From contig CAYJKI010000010.1 of NCBI GenBank assembly GCA_964370935.1, positions 70,796 through 134,795 on the forward strand: 64,000 nt of DNA, written 5' to 3'. The translations under genes and the position numbers were made by a program. This document shows positions 19,921-30,566 of the stretch, one piece after another. Origin of the DNA: an uncultured Ignavibacteria bacterium. GTDB lineage: Bacteria; Zixibacteria; MSB-5A5; CAIYYT01. Within the stretch, counting starts at the first letter, position 1; each line of letters starts with the position of its first letter. The notes beneath the pieces are model-generated. The model saw only the letters and a list, made by a program, of their open reading frames with translations. It was not told where the DNA came from and did not search any database.

Positions 19921-22584
19921 ATGCATTCGGTAGGGAATTGCATGCTACTCATCTTGCTGGGAGTCTTTCTCTTCGGCAATGTCGACCAAGGTAATGCGCA
20001 GACCAATCCAAATTCGATAAGAAAGACGATCAGGGCAATCAAAGCCAATCCACATGCACCAAAGATTGATGGAAGGCTTGATGACCCGATCTGGCAGCAG
20101 GCTGAATTTCATTCGGACTTCCTGCAGAGACTTCCTGATGAAGGGGCCGAGCCGCTCGAAAAGACCGAGGTTGCCATCGTCTATGACGAGAATACACTCT
20201 ATGTCGGGGCACGGCTATACTGCGATTCACCTGACAAATTGCGAATGCATCTTGAACGCCGCGACAATCAGGGACCAGCTGAGCAGTTTATCGTGTCGAT
20301 TGACTCCTATTATGATCGCCGCACGGGATTCGGGTTTGGCGTGAACACATCGGGAGTGAGATTTGACCGGTATTATCCCCAAGATTCTGAAGGGGGTGCG
20401 GATTATTCGTTCAGTCCGGTCTGGCATGCTCACACGAGTGTCGATGACAAGGGCTGGATTGCCGAAATTGCCATCCCGTTTTCGCAGTTGCGCTTTACCG
20501 CCAAACCGGAGCAGGTCTGGGGCATCAATTTCAATCGTTGGATACCCGAGCGCAACGAAGACACCTACTGGGTTTACACGCCGCGCGAAGAGGCCGGATT
20601 TGTATCACGCTTTGGCGACTTGACGGGTATCGCCGGCATAAAGCCCTCGCGTCGTATCGAGGCGCTTCCGTACTTTGCATCTGATGCGAGCTTTGTTGAT
20701 GGTGACTTCACCGGCAATCCTTTCGAAGACGGCAAGGAGCTGGATCCGCGCTTTGGCGGCGACTTGAAGATGGGACTTGGGCCGAATTTGACTTTGGATG
20801 CGACATTCAATCCCGACTTTGGTCAGGTTGAAGCCGATCCCGCCGTCATCAATCTTAGCGCTTTCGAGACAGTCTATAGCGAAAAGCGCCCATTTTTCAC
20901 GGAAGGCGGCCTTCTTCTCGAGGGTAACGGTCCGAGCTACTTCTATTCTCGCCGAGTTGGCGGTCCGCCGCGTGATAATGGCGTCGGCGAAATCGTTCAC
21001 CAGCCCTCGAATTCGACAATCTTGGGTGCATCCAAGATCACCGGGAAGTTGAAATCCGGCACATCGATCGGATTGCTAACAGCACTGACTCAACGCGAGT
21101 TTGCGCAGAATTATGATCGCGAGAACGACTCGACATACAAGACCCAGATTGAGCCAATGACGTTGTATTCAGTTGCTCGCGTCGAACAACAATTCGGCAA
21201 GGAACGCTCAACGGTCGGAATTTCGTTGACTGGAATTGGGAGAAATCTCAATGACGTTGGCCGGCTTAAAGACAGGCTGCGTAAGAGTGCCATTACAGGC
21301 GGCGCCGACTGGCGACTGAAATTCAAGCAGGGTATCTACGAGCTCTACGGACATAGTGGTTTCTCCCACATCCGTGGTTCGCAGTCGGCCATCGCTCGAG
21401 CTCAGCGATCGAGCGCCAGGTATTTCCAGCGGCCGGATGCCGATTACCTTGAGTATGATTCGACGCGCACAACGATGACCGGTTACTCGTCGCGGCTTGG
21501 ACTACGCAAATCCGGAGGGAAGCACTGGATCTGGGATATGTCATTCAATGCCGAGTCGCCGAATTTTGAGCTGAATGATGCCGGTATACTCGGGCAGGCA
21601 GACGATCTCGATGCTAATATGTATGTTGGTTATCGCGAGAATAAGCCTGGCAGGATCTTTCGCAACTATTATCTGGAAGCTTATGGCTTTGCCAATTGGA
21701 ATTATGGCGGGAACCGCCAGTTCAGCGAAGGCGGAATCTATTCCGAATTCACTTTACCCAACTACCTGAACTTCTATTGGGGTGTAAGGCGTCAATTTCC
21801 CGGACAGGACGATGCACGGACCCGTGGTGGACCTTCGATGCAGAACGAAGCCGGCTACTCTACGAATTTTGGATTTAATACGAATTACACCGGGACGACA
21901 CAGTTCAGTACGTCTTTCAACTATGGCGTAGATGAACTCGATGGTTGGCTCTGGACGGTCAGTACTTCCTTGTCGACGCGGGTTGGCAACCGCATGGAGT
22001 TCTCTCTCAATCCTCGTTACACTCGCGAGGACCAGCCGAGGCAATACGTGGCCTCGGTGGCGGGTCATGGCGGCGGAGAAGGTACCTACGGTGTGCGCTA
22101 CGTGTTTTCGAGAATTGCCCGCACAACGATTTCGACGACAGTGCGAATGAACTATTACTTCACTTCGAATTTCAGCCTGGAGGTCTACGCCGAACCTTAT
22201 GCCGCCAACGGCAAGTTTCACCAGCATGGCGAGCTTATCAAGGCGCGAGGCCATGATCTGCGGTATTACGAGCATTCTGACGGTACGTCCATCGAGCTTA
22301 TCACGGACGAGGAAAACGGAGACCAGTATTACGAAGTCACCGATGGTGTCGAGTCATTCACACTGCCATTCCTTGATTTTGGTGCGCGTTCGTTCAGAAG
22401 CAATGTCGTAATGCGCTGGGAGTTTCGTCCGGGAAGCACTCTATATCTCGTCTGGCAGAGAAATCTGGGGGAACACAGAGATATCGGGAAAACCGTAAGT
22501 CCGGGGTCGCTCTTTGATTCGTTCGGCGCACAGGGTGAGGACTTCATCGCATTCAAGATTGCGTATTGGATTCCCATCTCCTGA
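19921..22584 (+). CDS. Large secreted DUF5916 / carbohydrate-binding-family-9-like domain protein
   Basis: Signal peptide. N-terminal DGRLDDPIWQQAEF... CBM9-like module followed by a long beta-rich region. Paralog of 35994..38243. Confidence 0.6.
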   Translation: MHSVGNCMLLILLGVFLFGNVDQGNAQTNPNSIRKTIRAIKANPHAPKIDGRLDDPIWQQAEFHSDFLQRLPDEGAEPLEKTEVAIVYDENTLYVGARLYCDSPDKLRMHLERRDNQGPAEQFIVSIDSYYDRRTGFGFGVNTSGVRFDRYYPQDSEGGADYSFSPVWHAHTSVDDKGWIAEIAIPFSQLRFTAKPEQVWGINFNRWIPERNEDTYWVYTPREEAGFVSRFGDLTGIAGIKPSRRIEALPYFASDASFVDGDFTGNPFEDGKELDPRFGGDLKMGLGPNLTLDATFNPDFGQVEADPAVINLSAFETVYSEKRPFFTEGGLLLEGNGPSYFYSRRVGGPPRDNGVGEIVHQPSNSTILGASKITGKLKSGTSIGLLTALTQREFAQNYDRENDSTYKTQIEPMTLYSVARVEQQFGKERSTVGISLTGIGRNLNDVGRLKDRLRKSAITGGADWRLKFKQGIYELYGHSGFSHIRGSQSAIARAQRSSARYFQRPDADYLEYDSTRTTMTGYSSRLGLRKSGGKHWIWDMSFNAESPNFELNDAGILGQADDLDANMYVGYRENKPGRIFRNYYLEAYGFANWNYGGNRQFSEGGIYSEFTLPNYLNFYWGVRRQFPGQDDARTRGGPSMQNEAGYSTNFGFNTNYTGTTQFSTSFNYGVDELDGWLWTVSTSLSTRVGNRMEFSLNPRYTREDQPRQYVASVAGHGGGEGTYGVRYVFSRIARTTISTTVRMNYYFTSNFSLEVYAEPYAANGKFHQHGELIKARGHDLRYYEHSDGTSIELITDEENGDQYYEVTDGVESFTLPFLDFGARSFRSNVVMRWEFRPGSTLYLVWQRNLGEHRDIGKTVSPGSLFDSFGAQGEDFIAFKIAYWIPIS

Positions 22585-22614
22585 TCGAGCGAAGATAAAC
22601 AGACAGAAGAACAA

Positions 22615-22648
22615 AGAGGGCAGACCAATCAGTCTGCCCCTTTTTATT
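22615..22648 (+). terminator. Rho-independent terminator after the DUF5916 gene
   Basis: Hairpin GGGCAGACC-aatc-AGTCTGCCC followed by CTTTTTATTC. Confidence 0.65.
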
Positions 22649-24115
22649 CTATCTCACATCGTAGCGCAGAAATGCTGCAAACGCTCCGCCAAATGCGACA
22701 ATCGAAAAGATCAATAGCAATCCAAGATCGAGAAGAAACGTAGCCGCTGCATCGGAAAAACGGAATGGCGGTGGTACGAACACCGGCAGCTGTGTTGCGT
22801 CCACAGCGGCCTGATCGCGCGGCGTTCCAATCGATACGCCCTTCTCGGAATCGATCTGAATCGTAAAGGCGCCACCGCCGGGGCCTGCCTCCGCCTGCTT
22901 TGCCTGAACAAACTGTGTGTATTCTGTCCGATAGACGTCCATGGCTTGTTCATTCCGGGCTTTGAGGGCAATGTCAGAACCGGCCAAGTCCATTGCTGCG
23001 AGCTGGAATGCGGATGCCGGTGAGATGCGCGACAATGAGAAGGCCAGACGTTCTTGCGCAGCGCGGCGATGCCGGAGGTCATCATTAAGTTTGCGATCGA
23101 ACTCATCGATTTCCTGTTGGACCGCTTTGCGAGCGGCATCGTCCTCTTCCATATACTTCCATAGTTTTTCTTCTTCCACTCCAGACAAATCACCTTCAGA
23201 CTGACTATTGTGCAGGCTTCTCTCGCGCCAACGCTCTTCTTGTGCTGTGTAAAATGTTGCCCAACGATCCTTCGAGAAACTCTGTACCTGGCCTTCGACT
23301 TCTGCCGTGCTTGGAACCGGGAGAATCTGCCCGGCTACGATAACGCCGGCTCGAGGAATGATCAGTACAAAGACAATCCAGGCAACCAAAGCCAACAAGA
23401 ACGACACGCTTGAGCGCTTGGTCATCGCTGAAATCAGCACACCCAGGATGATGAAGAATGTGAAGAACGCAATTGCCGCAGCAATCAATGTCGCCAGCCG
23501 CAACCAATTGTCGGCAGAAAGTGGAATGCCAAATAACTGCACCAGCAGAATGCTCAAGAGAATCGGCAGACATATCGGGACGACCAGTCCAAGCCATCCG
23601 CCGATGCACTTCGCCAGAATGTATCTGGCTCGAGGTACTGAATTGGCGAAGACCAATTTCAGTGTGCCATCCTCGCGTTCGCCGTTGACTGCATCGTAGG
23701 TGAACATGATGGCAAACAACGACAGCACGACGAGAACGATGAAGGTGAAGTCAATAAATCGGAACACAGCAAAGATCGGGTCGTCGGTGTAGGAACTGTT
23801 TCGCAGTTTGATCATACTCTGCGAGTTGATCGCCGACCAACGACCAATGTCATAATTGAGTCCGGAAACAAATATCTGCATTGGATCGGGAGCACGGTAT
23901 GCCCGGTAGCGAACCGAATGCCAGGAAGTTGCCTCGCGGATGCCTTCATCGATCAACTGCTTGCCGGCGTCATATTGCTTGACCGAATTCTGGTACTCCT
24001 GGATTCCGATGAAAACGCTCAACAGCATCAACAGCGAGCAGATAACAAATGTGGCGGTGAACTTGGGACTCAAGATGATTGCCTTAAGTTCTTTCTGTAT
24101 CAATACTGATAGCAT
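22649..24115 (-). CDS. ABC-2 type transporter permease (large, with an extracytoplasmic loop and a coiled-coil segment), copy 2
   Basis: 488 aa, multiple TM helices. Clearly paralogous to 24140..25561 (same architecture, conserved blocks such as GEREDGTLKL vs GEKERGTLKL and ...FLRYDVR at the C-terminus). Confidence 0.65.
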   Translation of the reverse strand: MLSVLIQKELKAIILSPKFTATFVICSLLMLLSVFIGIQEYQNSVKQYDAGKQLIDEGIREATSWHSVRYRAYRAPDPMQIFVSGLNYDIGRWSAINSQSMIKLRNSSYTDDPIFAVFRFIDFTFIVLVVLSLFAIMFTYDAVNGEREDGTLKLVFANSVPRARYILAKCIGGWLGLVVPICLPILLSILLVQLFGIPLSADNWLRLATLIAAAIAFFTFFIILGVLISAMTKRSSVSFLLALVAWIVFVLIIPRAGVIVAGQILPVPSTAEVEGQVQSFSKDRWATFYTAQEERWRERSLHNSQSEGDLSGVEEEKLWKYMEEDDAARKAVQQEIDEFDRKLNDDLRHRRAAQERLAFSLSRISPASAFQLAAMDLAGSDIALKARNEQAMDVYRTEYTQFVQAKQAEAGPGGGAFTIQIDSEKGVSIGTPRDQAAVDATQLPVFVPPPFRFSDAAATFLLDLGLLLIFSIVAFGGAFAAFLRYDVR

Positions 24116-24139
24116 CGCTTCATTCTCCTTACGGGTCCG

Positions 24140-25561
24140 TCAACGGACGTCATATCGCAGGAACGAAACAAATGCTCCAGCGAAAAATAACAGGTTGAAA
24201 AAAGCCAGAAGCCCCATGTCAAGCGCGGCCGCCGAGATCGACTGCGCCAAATCGGGCTGGTGATATTCAAATTCCGGAAGCTCCTGCGGGTTGATTGGTT
24301 CCGGTTTGACCTCTTCGCCGTCTTCGATTTTGGTGCGAAACATGAACATTCGTCCCCCGGGATTTGTGCCGGTTTTCTCTTTCATGAAATTCGCGTACAG
24401 TGATTGGTAAGCCTTGGCTTCGTCATTGTAATGGTCTTTGAGAGTGATCGAGGTTCCAGCCAGGCTTGTCACTCCCAACGAGAGCGTAGCGGCAGGTGAG
24501 ACACGTGCCAGACTGAATGCCAGATTCTGTTGTTCGACCTGTTTGTTGTATCGCTGTTCGTTTAACCGTGCAGTGAGCTCTTGCATCTTTTTGTCGCGAA
24601 TGTCGGCTTGCTCTTCCATGTAGCGATTCAGTTCGTCCATCATAGCACTCGGGTCATCGCTCTTGGTGGGTTTGAAGTTCGACCAGCTGGCGCGATCCTC
24701 ATGCCATTGTTGCTGCTGGAAGCGAGCTTTCTGGGATGCGATTTCATCGACCGACGGCACATCAACGGCGCGACCAGCCAACAGCACCGATGCGCGTGGT
24801 ACGATTAATACACACAGAATCCAGACTACCAACAATACGAGGAACGAGTTTGACGATCGCTCGGTGCGGGCAGAGACAAATATCGACAGGGTCAAGAACG
24901 CGGCAAAGTACAGCAGACCGGTCAAGATAACGAGAAATAGCCGCAGCCAATCGTTGCCGGATAGGGGGACTCCCAACAAAGGCAGAAGGAGACTTCCGAT
25001 GCCCAGCGCCACCACGAGCGGAACGGTGAGCGCAGTCAGACTACCGATAATCTTGCCGAGGATATACTTGTCGCGGGGAACGGCATTGGCAAACGAGAGT
25101 TTAAGCGTTCCGCGTTCCTTTTCGCCGCTGATAGCGTCATAGCCCAGCAGCACGGCGAAGAGCGAAAGCACGACTTGGAACATGAATTCCAGATCAAGAA
25201 AGCGAAATACGGCGTAAATCGGTTCATCACCGAACTTGCTGTCTTGTGCGGACAACTCGCCGCGTCCCCAGACTTCGGTAGTGCGTCCGATATCGTTTGA
25301 CACACCGTTGACCAAAGAGGCTAACGGTTGCGGCGGCAGAAAAATGCGATGTTGCTGGATATTGAACCAGTCGGTCATACCCTCAAACTGGCGTAGATTC
25401 TCGGCCTTGGCGGCTTCATACTGTGCCCTGTTCGCCTGGTAAGTACGTGCGCCTACATAAAATGAGGTCAGAATCAGGATCGCGCAGGCGCCAAAAATCA
25501 CAGCGAATTTAGCGGAGCCGATGATTTCGCGAATCTCTTTCTCTATCAAGATCTTCAGCAT
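24140..25561 (-). CDS. ABC-2 type transporter permease, copy 1
   Basis: 473 aa. Tandem paralog of the gene above. Immediately downstream of the ABC ATPase. Confidence 0.65.
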   Translation of the reverse strand: MLKILIEKEIREIIGSAKFAVIFGACAILILTSFYVGARTYQANRAQYEAAKAENLRQFEGMTDWFNIQQHRIFLPPQPLASLVNGVSNDIGRTTEVWGRGELSAQDSKFGDEPIYAVFRFLDLEFMFQVVLSLFAVLLGYDAISGEKERGTLKLSFANAVPRDKYILGKIIGSLTALTVPLVVALGIGSLLLPLLGVPLSGNDWLRLFLVILTGLLYFAAFLTLSIFVSARTERSSNSFLVLLVVWILCVLIVPRASVLLAGRAVDVPSVDEIASQKARFQQQQWHEDRASWSNFKPTKSDDPSAMMDELNRYMEEQADIRDKKMQELTARLNEQRYNKQVEQQNLAFSLARVSPAATLSLGVTSLAGTSITLKDHYNDEAKAYQSLYANFMKEKTGTNPGGRMFMFRTKIEDGEEVKPEPINPQELPEFEYHQPDLAQSISAAALDMGLLAFFNLLFFAGAFVSFLRYDVR

Positions 25562-25573
25562 ATTGTCCTCCGC

Positions 25574-26335
25574 CTAACCGACACGTTCAGATGACCGCCC
25601 GGCCATGTATTGCATGTAGAGTTGTTCAAGATCGAGATCGACCAGGGCTGCGGCCCGACGCTGCATGATGATTTTCCCGTCGTTCATGATTGCCACGGTA
25701 TCGGCAATTTCCTTGGCGCGGAAGATGTCGTGAGTTGACATCAGGATTGCTTTGCCTTCAGCGCGCAGTGAATCCAGCAACTCGATAAAGTCGTGCCCGG
25801 CCTTGGGGTCGAGCCCGGAAGTTGGCTCGTCGAGCAGAATCGCCGGTGCATTTTTTAGAATGGCAATCGCGATACCGCACTTCTGTCTCATGCCCTTGGA
25901 ATATCCACGCAAGCGCTTGTGATGTGCCTCCTTTGCAAGACCAACTCGCAAGAGCACATTGTGATAGTCATCTCGTGTGTAATGAGTTTGGCCGCCCAGA
26001 CGGGCAAAGAAATCGAGATTCTGAATAGCGGTAAAGTTGGCATAGAGCATTACATTTTCGGACACAAAGGCAATTTGCTCCTTCGCCTTAAGCGGTTCGA
26101 GATGCGTGACAATGCCATTGATGCGGGCCTCGCCCTCGGTTGGCTCAATGAAATTCAAGAACAGATTAATCGTCGTGGTTTTGCCGGCACCATTGCCGCC
26201 GAGCATTGCGAAAATCTCACCGGCGCGCACCTGAAACGACACGTGGTCGAGTGCAAGCACGCCGTCCTCATAGCGTTTCGTCAAATTGACAGCTTCGAGC
26301 ATCGGCTGGGTTGTCTGCAACGGATTTTCACTCAT
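25574..26335 (-). CDS. ABC transporter ATP-binding protein (ABC-2 subfamily)
   Basis: Walker A GGNGAGKTTT. Signature YSKGMRQK. Walker B ILLDEPTSGLD. H-loop. Confidence 0.9.
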   Translation of the reverse strand: MSENPLQTTQPMLEAVNLTKRYEDGVLALDHVSFQVRAGEIFAMLGGNGAGKTTTINLFLNFIEPTEGEARINGIVTHLEPLKAKEQIAFVSENVMLYANFTAIQNLDFFARLGGQTHYTRDDYHNVLLRVGLAKEAHHKRLRGYSKGMRQKCGIAIAILKNAPAILLDEPTSGLDPKAGHDFIELLDSLRAEGKAILMSTHDIFRAKEIADTVAIMNDGKIIMQRRAAALVDLDLEQLYMQYMAGRSSERVG

Positions 26336-26366
26336 TTAGGCCTCGCATATTTGTTCAAATTCGAAT

Positions 26367-27866
26367 TTATCGGCGTGAAAGTTTGATTCCGAAAACCACG
26401 ATGCCAGCCACCAGTCCAATGATCAGCACCAGAATCAAAAGTGTTCCGAGAATGTTGGAATCGGGAAGTACCTCGACTGTAACGCTCTTATCCTCACTGA
26501 CGATCGGCTGTGAATTGGACATCGCGGTCGTTCGCAGTCGGACTTCATATTTTCCTGTCGAGACGTCGTCTGATGGCGTGAAAGTCAAGTTGATGCGCGT
26601 TTCACCGCCAATTTCCAGTTTTGAGACGATCGTCGGTTCTATCAGTTTTGTCCAATTGAGCGGCATGTCAGCCTTGACTTCAATGTTATCGAGTCGATGG
26701 CTACCCTCATTAACTAAATCGATGCTCATTGTAACAGAACCGTCCGACTTGATGGCATGATAGAGCTGCGTTGCGCGCACCAGCAGCTTGCCCTTGCCGC
26801 GAGGGAGTATTTCCATTCGCGCAAATCCCACACCCAGTGCTTCGATTTCGTTTTGCGTCCACTCTTTTGTGCGCAAGTCAGGCAGGTCATTGAGACGGTC
26901 GCGCGGAATGACCAATACGTAGAATGCAACCGGTTTGTCCATTTCGACTGCGGCTGTCGGGCGATCAGGAAGCGTAACCTCTAAAGAAGCCTTCTTGGTA
27001 TGCGTGCTTTCCGTAAATTTCAACTGGCTCAAGCGGGCTGATCCGGACGGTTCTTTGAAGAAGCGACTGATCTGCTCGGGGAGATTCACGACTTCAAGGC
27101 TGAAAGTATTTTCGGTCCCGCTGTACAGCTCCAGCGTCAAGTCGAAGGAGGCAGATTTGCCGAGTTCCACTTCCTGCGAAAACTGCTCCGACTGCACGGC
27201 GACCTTATTGACAGTGGCGTCTTTCTGGAGGAGGATCTTCATGTTGCGCTGTGTACCGCTGCCGTAAATGAGGTAAACCGTGACTGCATCGAGATCCTGC
27301 AGGAGAGCGAAGTCGATTATGGCCGGCGAGCCGAATTTGAGCTGTTCAATCTTCGCCTCGTAAGGCTGACTGATCGTCGCTCCATTTTCGTTGAGCAAAG
27401 AGACATAGATGTTATTGATTACGTCCGGTTGGAGGGAACGAAAGAGCTCATCTTCCATTTCAATCAACTTGTAGAATTCAGCGCTGCCGCCGGAAGCGTT
27501 TACCAAGGTCAGCCGAACATGCTTTCGGCCGTTTTTGTCCTGGTATTTGACGGCACCTTCGACGGTCACATATTGCTCTTCAAACAATACCGCCAACAGC
27601 GACTGCTGGTAGTTGACCTCGGCGTCGGAGAAAATGTTCCGGGCTCTCTCAAGCTCTGACTTGGTAATGAGCTGTCGGTTGAACATCTCCTCTTGACGCT
27701 GGTACTCCGCCCGGGCAACCTCGTAGGCTTCCTTTGCGCGTTTTAAGCCAAGCAAACGATACTTATCATCGCGCTGATTGAAGTTGTTGCTCTGTCCGTA
27801 GGCGGATAGCCCGCTAAAGCCAATGCATAGGCAAATCGCCAAAAGAAGTATTGCCAATCGTGACAT
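26367..27866 (-). CDS. Hypothetical secreted protein with an N-terminal coiled coil and a C-terminal membrane anchor (ABC operon accessory component)
   Basis: Signal peptide. Coiled-coil-like segment. C-terminal TM LLILVLIIGLVAGIVVFGI followed by KLSRR. No recognised catalytic motif. Confidence 0.45.
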   Translation of the reverse strand: MSRLAILLLAICLCIGFSGLSAYGQSNNFNQRDDKYRLLGLKRAKEAYEVARAEYQRQEEMFNRQLITKSELERARNIFSDAEVNYQQSLLAVLFEEQYVTVEGAVKYQDKNGRKHVRLTLVNASGGSAEFYKLIEMEDELFRSLQPDVINNIYVSLLNENGATISQPYEAKIEQLKFGSPAIIDFALLQDLDAVTVYLIYGSGTQRNMKILLQKDATVNKVAVQSEQFSQEVELGKSASFDLTLELYSGTENTFSLEVVNLPEQISRFFKEPSGSARLSQLKFTESTHTKKASLEVTLPDRPTAAVEMDKPVAFYVLVIPRDRLNDLPDLRTKEWTQNEIEALGVGFARMEILPRGKGKLLVRATQLYHAIKSDGSVTMSIDLVNEGSHRLDNIEVKADMPLNWTKLIEPTIVSKLEIGGETRINLTFTPSDDVSTGKYEVRLRTTAMSNSQPIVSEDKSVTVEVLPDSNILGTLLILVLIIGLVAGIVVFGIKLSRR

Positions 27867-27869
27867 AAG

Positions 27870-28691
27870 TTAATTGTTCTTTATAGTCTTGATCATTTTG
27901 GGGCCATCTTCTTTGGCAGCCTTAACGGCTTTTACTGTTACGGTTTTGCCATTTCGGTCCATGGAAACAGTGAATTCAGTGCCGACCACGACCTTTTCGT
28001 AAGCAGAAGTGAGTTCGCTGACACTCGTGATTTTCTGGGAGTTGATTGCAGTGATGATATCGCCTTCTAAAACACCGGCGTTTTTGACATCGCTCTCCTT
28101 ACTTTCAATCAGTCCGGCGACCTTGACCTTGGAATCCAGCTCACCAACAATCAGGCCAAGCTCCATCACGACGGCGATATCCCCATCGCTCGCGCGAAGT
28201 GTTGTGATTTGCTTGCCGTTTTCGACCGCCTTCACATCGTCGCCGTCACCGCTTGTCTCGAATGTCATTACTCGGTGTTGTGTCGATTTTGCCTGGTCAG
28301 TCTTGGGAAATGAGACGATCATCATGTCCTTGCCGCGACGAATACCGAGTTTTACATCAGAACCTGCAGCGAGAGAGTCGTATACTGCTTTCAGCTCGGA
28401 TAATACCATGACCTTCTTGCCATTGATCATCAGAACTTCGTCATTCTGTTTCAAGTCGATTGATTGATACTCTTTGGAACGTTGGTCTGCAGGGCTGACC
28501 ATGTCAACGATTAGTGCTTTGTCCTTAAGCAGGATCACGGCTCCGGTTTCGGGGAGGAATACCACGTCACCGGAGGTGAACATCCGCATCTGCGGCTTGC
28601 CTTCGGTAGCGGCAAATACTTGTTGACCCAGCAGGGAACTGGCGCTGCTGATCAGGAAGGTCAACGCGATTTCGAATAGAACTTTCAGCAT
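27870..28691 (-). CDS. Secreted PDZ-domain protein
   Basis: Signal peptide. Two PDZ-like segments (…VLMINGKKVMVLSELKAVYDSL… and …IITAINSQKITSVSELTSAYEKV…). First gene of the ABC operon. Confidence 0.55.
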   Translation of the reverse strand: MLKVLFEIALTFLISSASSLLGQQVFAATEGKPQMRMFTSGDVVFLPETGAVILLKDKALIVDMVSPADQRSKEYQSIDLKQNDEVLMINGKKVMVLSELKAVYDSLAAGSDVKLGIRRGKDMMIVSFPKTDQAKSTQHRVMTFETSGDGDDVKAVENGKQITTLRASDGDIAVVMELGLIVGELDSKVKVAGLIESKESDVKNAGVLEGDIITAINSQKITSVSELTSAYEKVVVGTEFTVSMDRNGKTVTVKAVKAAKEDGPKMIKTIKNN

Positions 28692-28844
28692 GTCAAACCT
28701 CTTCGAAAGATTGGTTAGTGTCGATAGTCTTCGTACGGCAAGGATAACTTGCGGGTTGCCAACGGCATAGTTAAGGCTTGTTACCGGCTGTTAAGAAATG
28801 TTAAGAGCTGTGGTGTCGAGCGTCAGCATGCGTATATTGTAGCA

Positions 28845-30566
28845 ATGAACTTGTCGCGTCGTTCAGTTGGAATCGTGATCACGCTGATGGTGATCTCGCT
28901 TGGCGGCTTGGTCGCACTGCAGGTATATTTGTTGCAGTTGGCCCTTGAGCAAAAGGAACAGGTATTCCGCCGCAATGTGCTGATGGCACTCAACACAGTT
29001 TCACAGCGCCTGGAGAATAGTGAGACATTCACTATTGCCCTTGGTACTGCGGCTCCGACTCAAGCAATGTGGCAGGTCAATGTCGCACGATCGACCGCAA
29101 TTGGTGGCGACTCAATTGAAGTGAATGGCATGTTTATTGAAGAAGGCACCATGCTAGGTGCTGCAATTGCAGACTGTCCCTTGACTTTTGCGGACGGCGT
29201 GCTGCATTACGAGGTCGCCTCGCCCCAGCACGTTCTGATTAAGATTTATGACCAAACTCAAGGCACAGACCGAATCGTAGTAGACACTTTCCGAACGGCC
29301 GGGAAGTACGCCATTGATGTCAGTGACTTGCCGCGACCCGGCAGCAAAATGATGTACATGTTCCGGACGGATTCGGCGTCGGCAATCTTCCAAATGCACA
29401 ACGGTTCACAGCTGATGCCGTTAGGTCCGATGATCGGGACGACGCGCAAAGAAGATTATCTCAAGCGAATAGTTACAGACATGACAGTTGCCGAGTTGGA
29501 ACCGATTGAACAGCGCATTACGACGGAGGAGCTCGATACTTTGCTCCGCGCGGCGCTGGACGAATCGGGAATACATCTCGACTTTGAATATGCCGTCTTT
29601 TCCGGGGAAAACGACTCCGTGCGAGTCGCTTCAACCACAGAGTCGCGTGAGAATCTGGTGAAAACCGATTTTCGTACCCGCTTATTCCCCAGCGATAGGC
29701 TATCAGCACGCAGCGATTTGGCGGTGTTCTTCCCCGAACACAGTGTTTACCTGTGGAAACAGATGAGCGTGTTGGTGTTGACCAATCTGCTGTTTATCGC
29801 GGTGATTGTTGCTGTGTTCAGCTATACTTTGAGAGTCATGTTGTCACAAAAACGCTTTGCTGTGCGCATCGTCGATTTTATCAATAACATGACCCATGAA
29901 TTCAAGACGCCGATTTCAACGGTGGCACTGGCGTGTGAAGCGATAATGCGTCCAGATGTCATTCATCAGCCGGACCGAATCGGCAAATATGGCCGGATGA
30001 TCCTCGACGAAAACCAGCGAATGCGCCATCAAGTTGAGAAGATATTACAAATGGCTGTCATCGAAGAAGGTGACTATGATCTCAAGCTATCCGAAATCGA
30101 CCTTCATCAAATCATTCGGAAAGCCGTTGAGGGAATCAGCCTGCAAATCGAGAATCGAAAAGGCAGGCTGGTAAGCAATCTGGCGGCGACAGATTCCATT
30201 GTCCTGGGGGATAGTCTACACCTCACCAACATCATTAATAATCTGCTCGACAACGCCATAAAGTACTCTCCAGATGCACCGGAAATTGAAGTCGGCACAA
30301 GAAATGATGGCAGCGCGCTTGTCGTCATGATTTCCGATAAGGGTTTGGGAATCGCGGAAGCTGACCAGAAGTCCATCTTCGAGAAGTACTATCGCGTTCC
30401 CTCTGGGAATATTCATAATGTCAAAGGATTTGGGTTGGGATTGAGCTACGTGAAAATGATGGTCGAAGCGCATCACGGGTCGATTCATCTTGAGAGCAAA
30501 CCCGGAATCGGGACTAACATTGAACTGCGGTTTCCGATGGCAGGAGTTGCGGAGCGTGAGTCATGA
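28845..30566 (+). CDS. Sensor histidine kinase (periplasmic sensor, HisKA, HATPase_c)
   Basis: Two TM helices flank an about 300 aa periplasmic region. H-box HEFKTPIS. N-box LLDNAIKYS. G-boxes DKGLGI and GFGLGLSYV. The track ORF starts at 28749. ATG at 28845 chosen because it precedes TM1. Confidence 0.85.
   Translation: MNLSRRSVGIVITLMVISLGGLVALQVYLLQLALEQKEQVFRRNVLMALNTVSQRLENSETFTIALGTAAPTQAMWQVNVARSTAIGGDSIEVNGMFIEEGTMLGAAIADCPLTFADGVLHYEVASPQHVLIKIYDQTQGTDRIVVDTFRTAGKYAIDVSDLPRPGSKMMYMFRTDSASAIFQMHNGSQLMPLGPMIGTTRKEDYLKRIVTDMTVAELEPIEQRITTEELDTLLRAALDESGIHLDFEYAVFSGENDSVRVASTTESRENLVKTDFRTRLFPSDRLSARSDLAVFFPEHSVYLWKQMSVLVLTNLLFIAVIVAVFSYTLRVMLSQKRFAVRIVDFINNMTHEFKTPISTVALACEAIMRPDVIHQPDRIGKYGRMILDENQRMRHQVEKILQMAVIEEGDYDLKLSEIDLHQIIRKAVEGISLQIENRKGRLVSNLAATDSIVLGDSLHLTNIINNLLDNAIKYSPDAPEIEVGTRNDGSALVVMISDKGLGIAEADQKSIFEKYYRVPSGNIHNVKGFGLGLSYVKMMVEAHHGSIHLESKPGIGTNIELRFPMAGVAERES

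Noticed and set aside
22649-25561. Considered whether the two large permeases are a frameshifted single gene or a repeat-mediated artefact
   Set aside because: Each has its own start, TM set and C-terminal ...FLRYDVR. Sequences are diverged (paralogs, not identical repeats), which is consistent with a genuine tandem duplication.
26367-27866. Possibility that the 499-aa accessory protein is a GldG-like gliding-motility ABC component
   Set aside because: Only a topological resemblance (large extracytoplasmic domain plus terminal TM). No motif-level support, so it is left as hypothetical.
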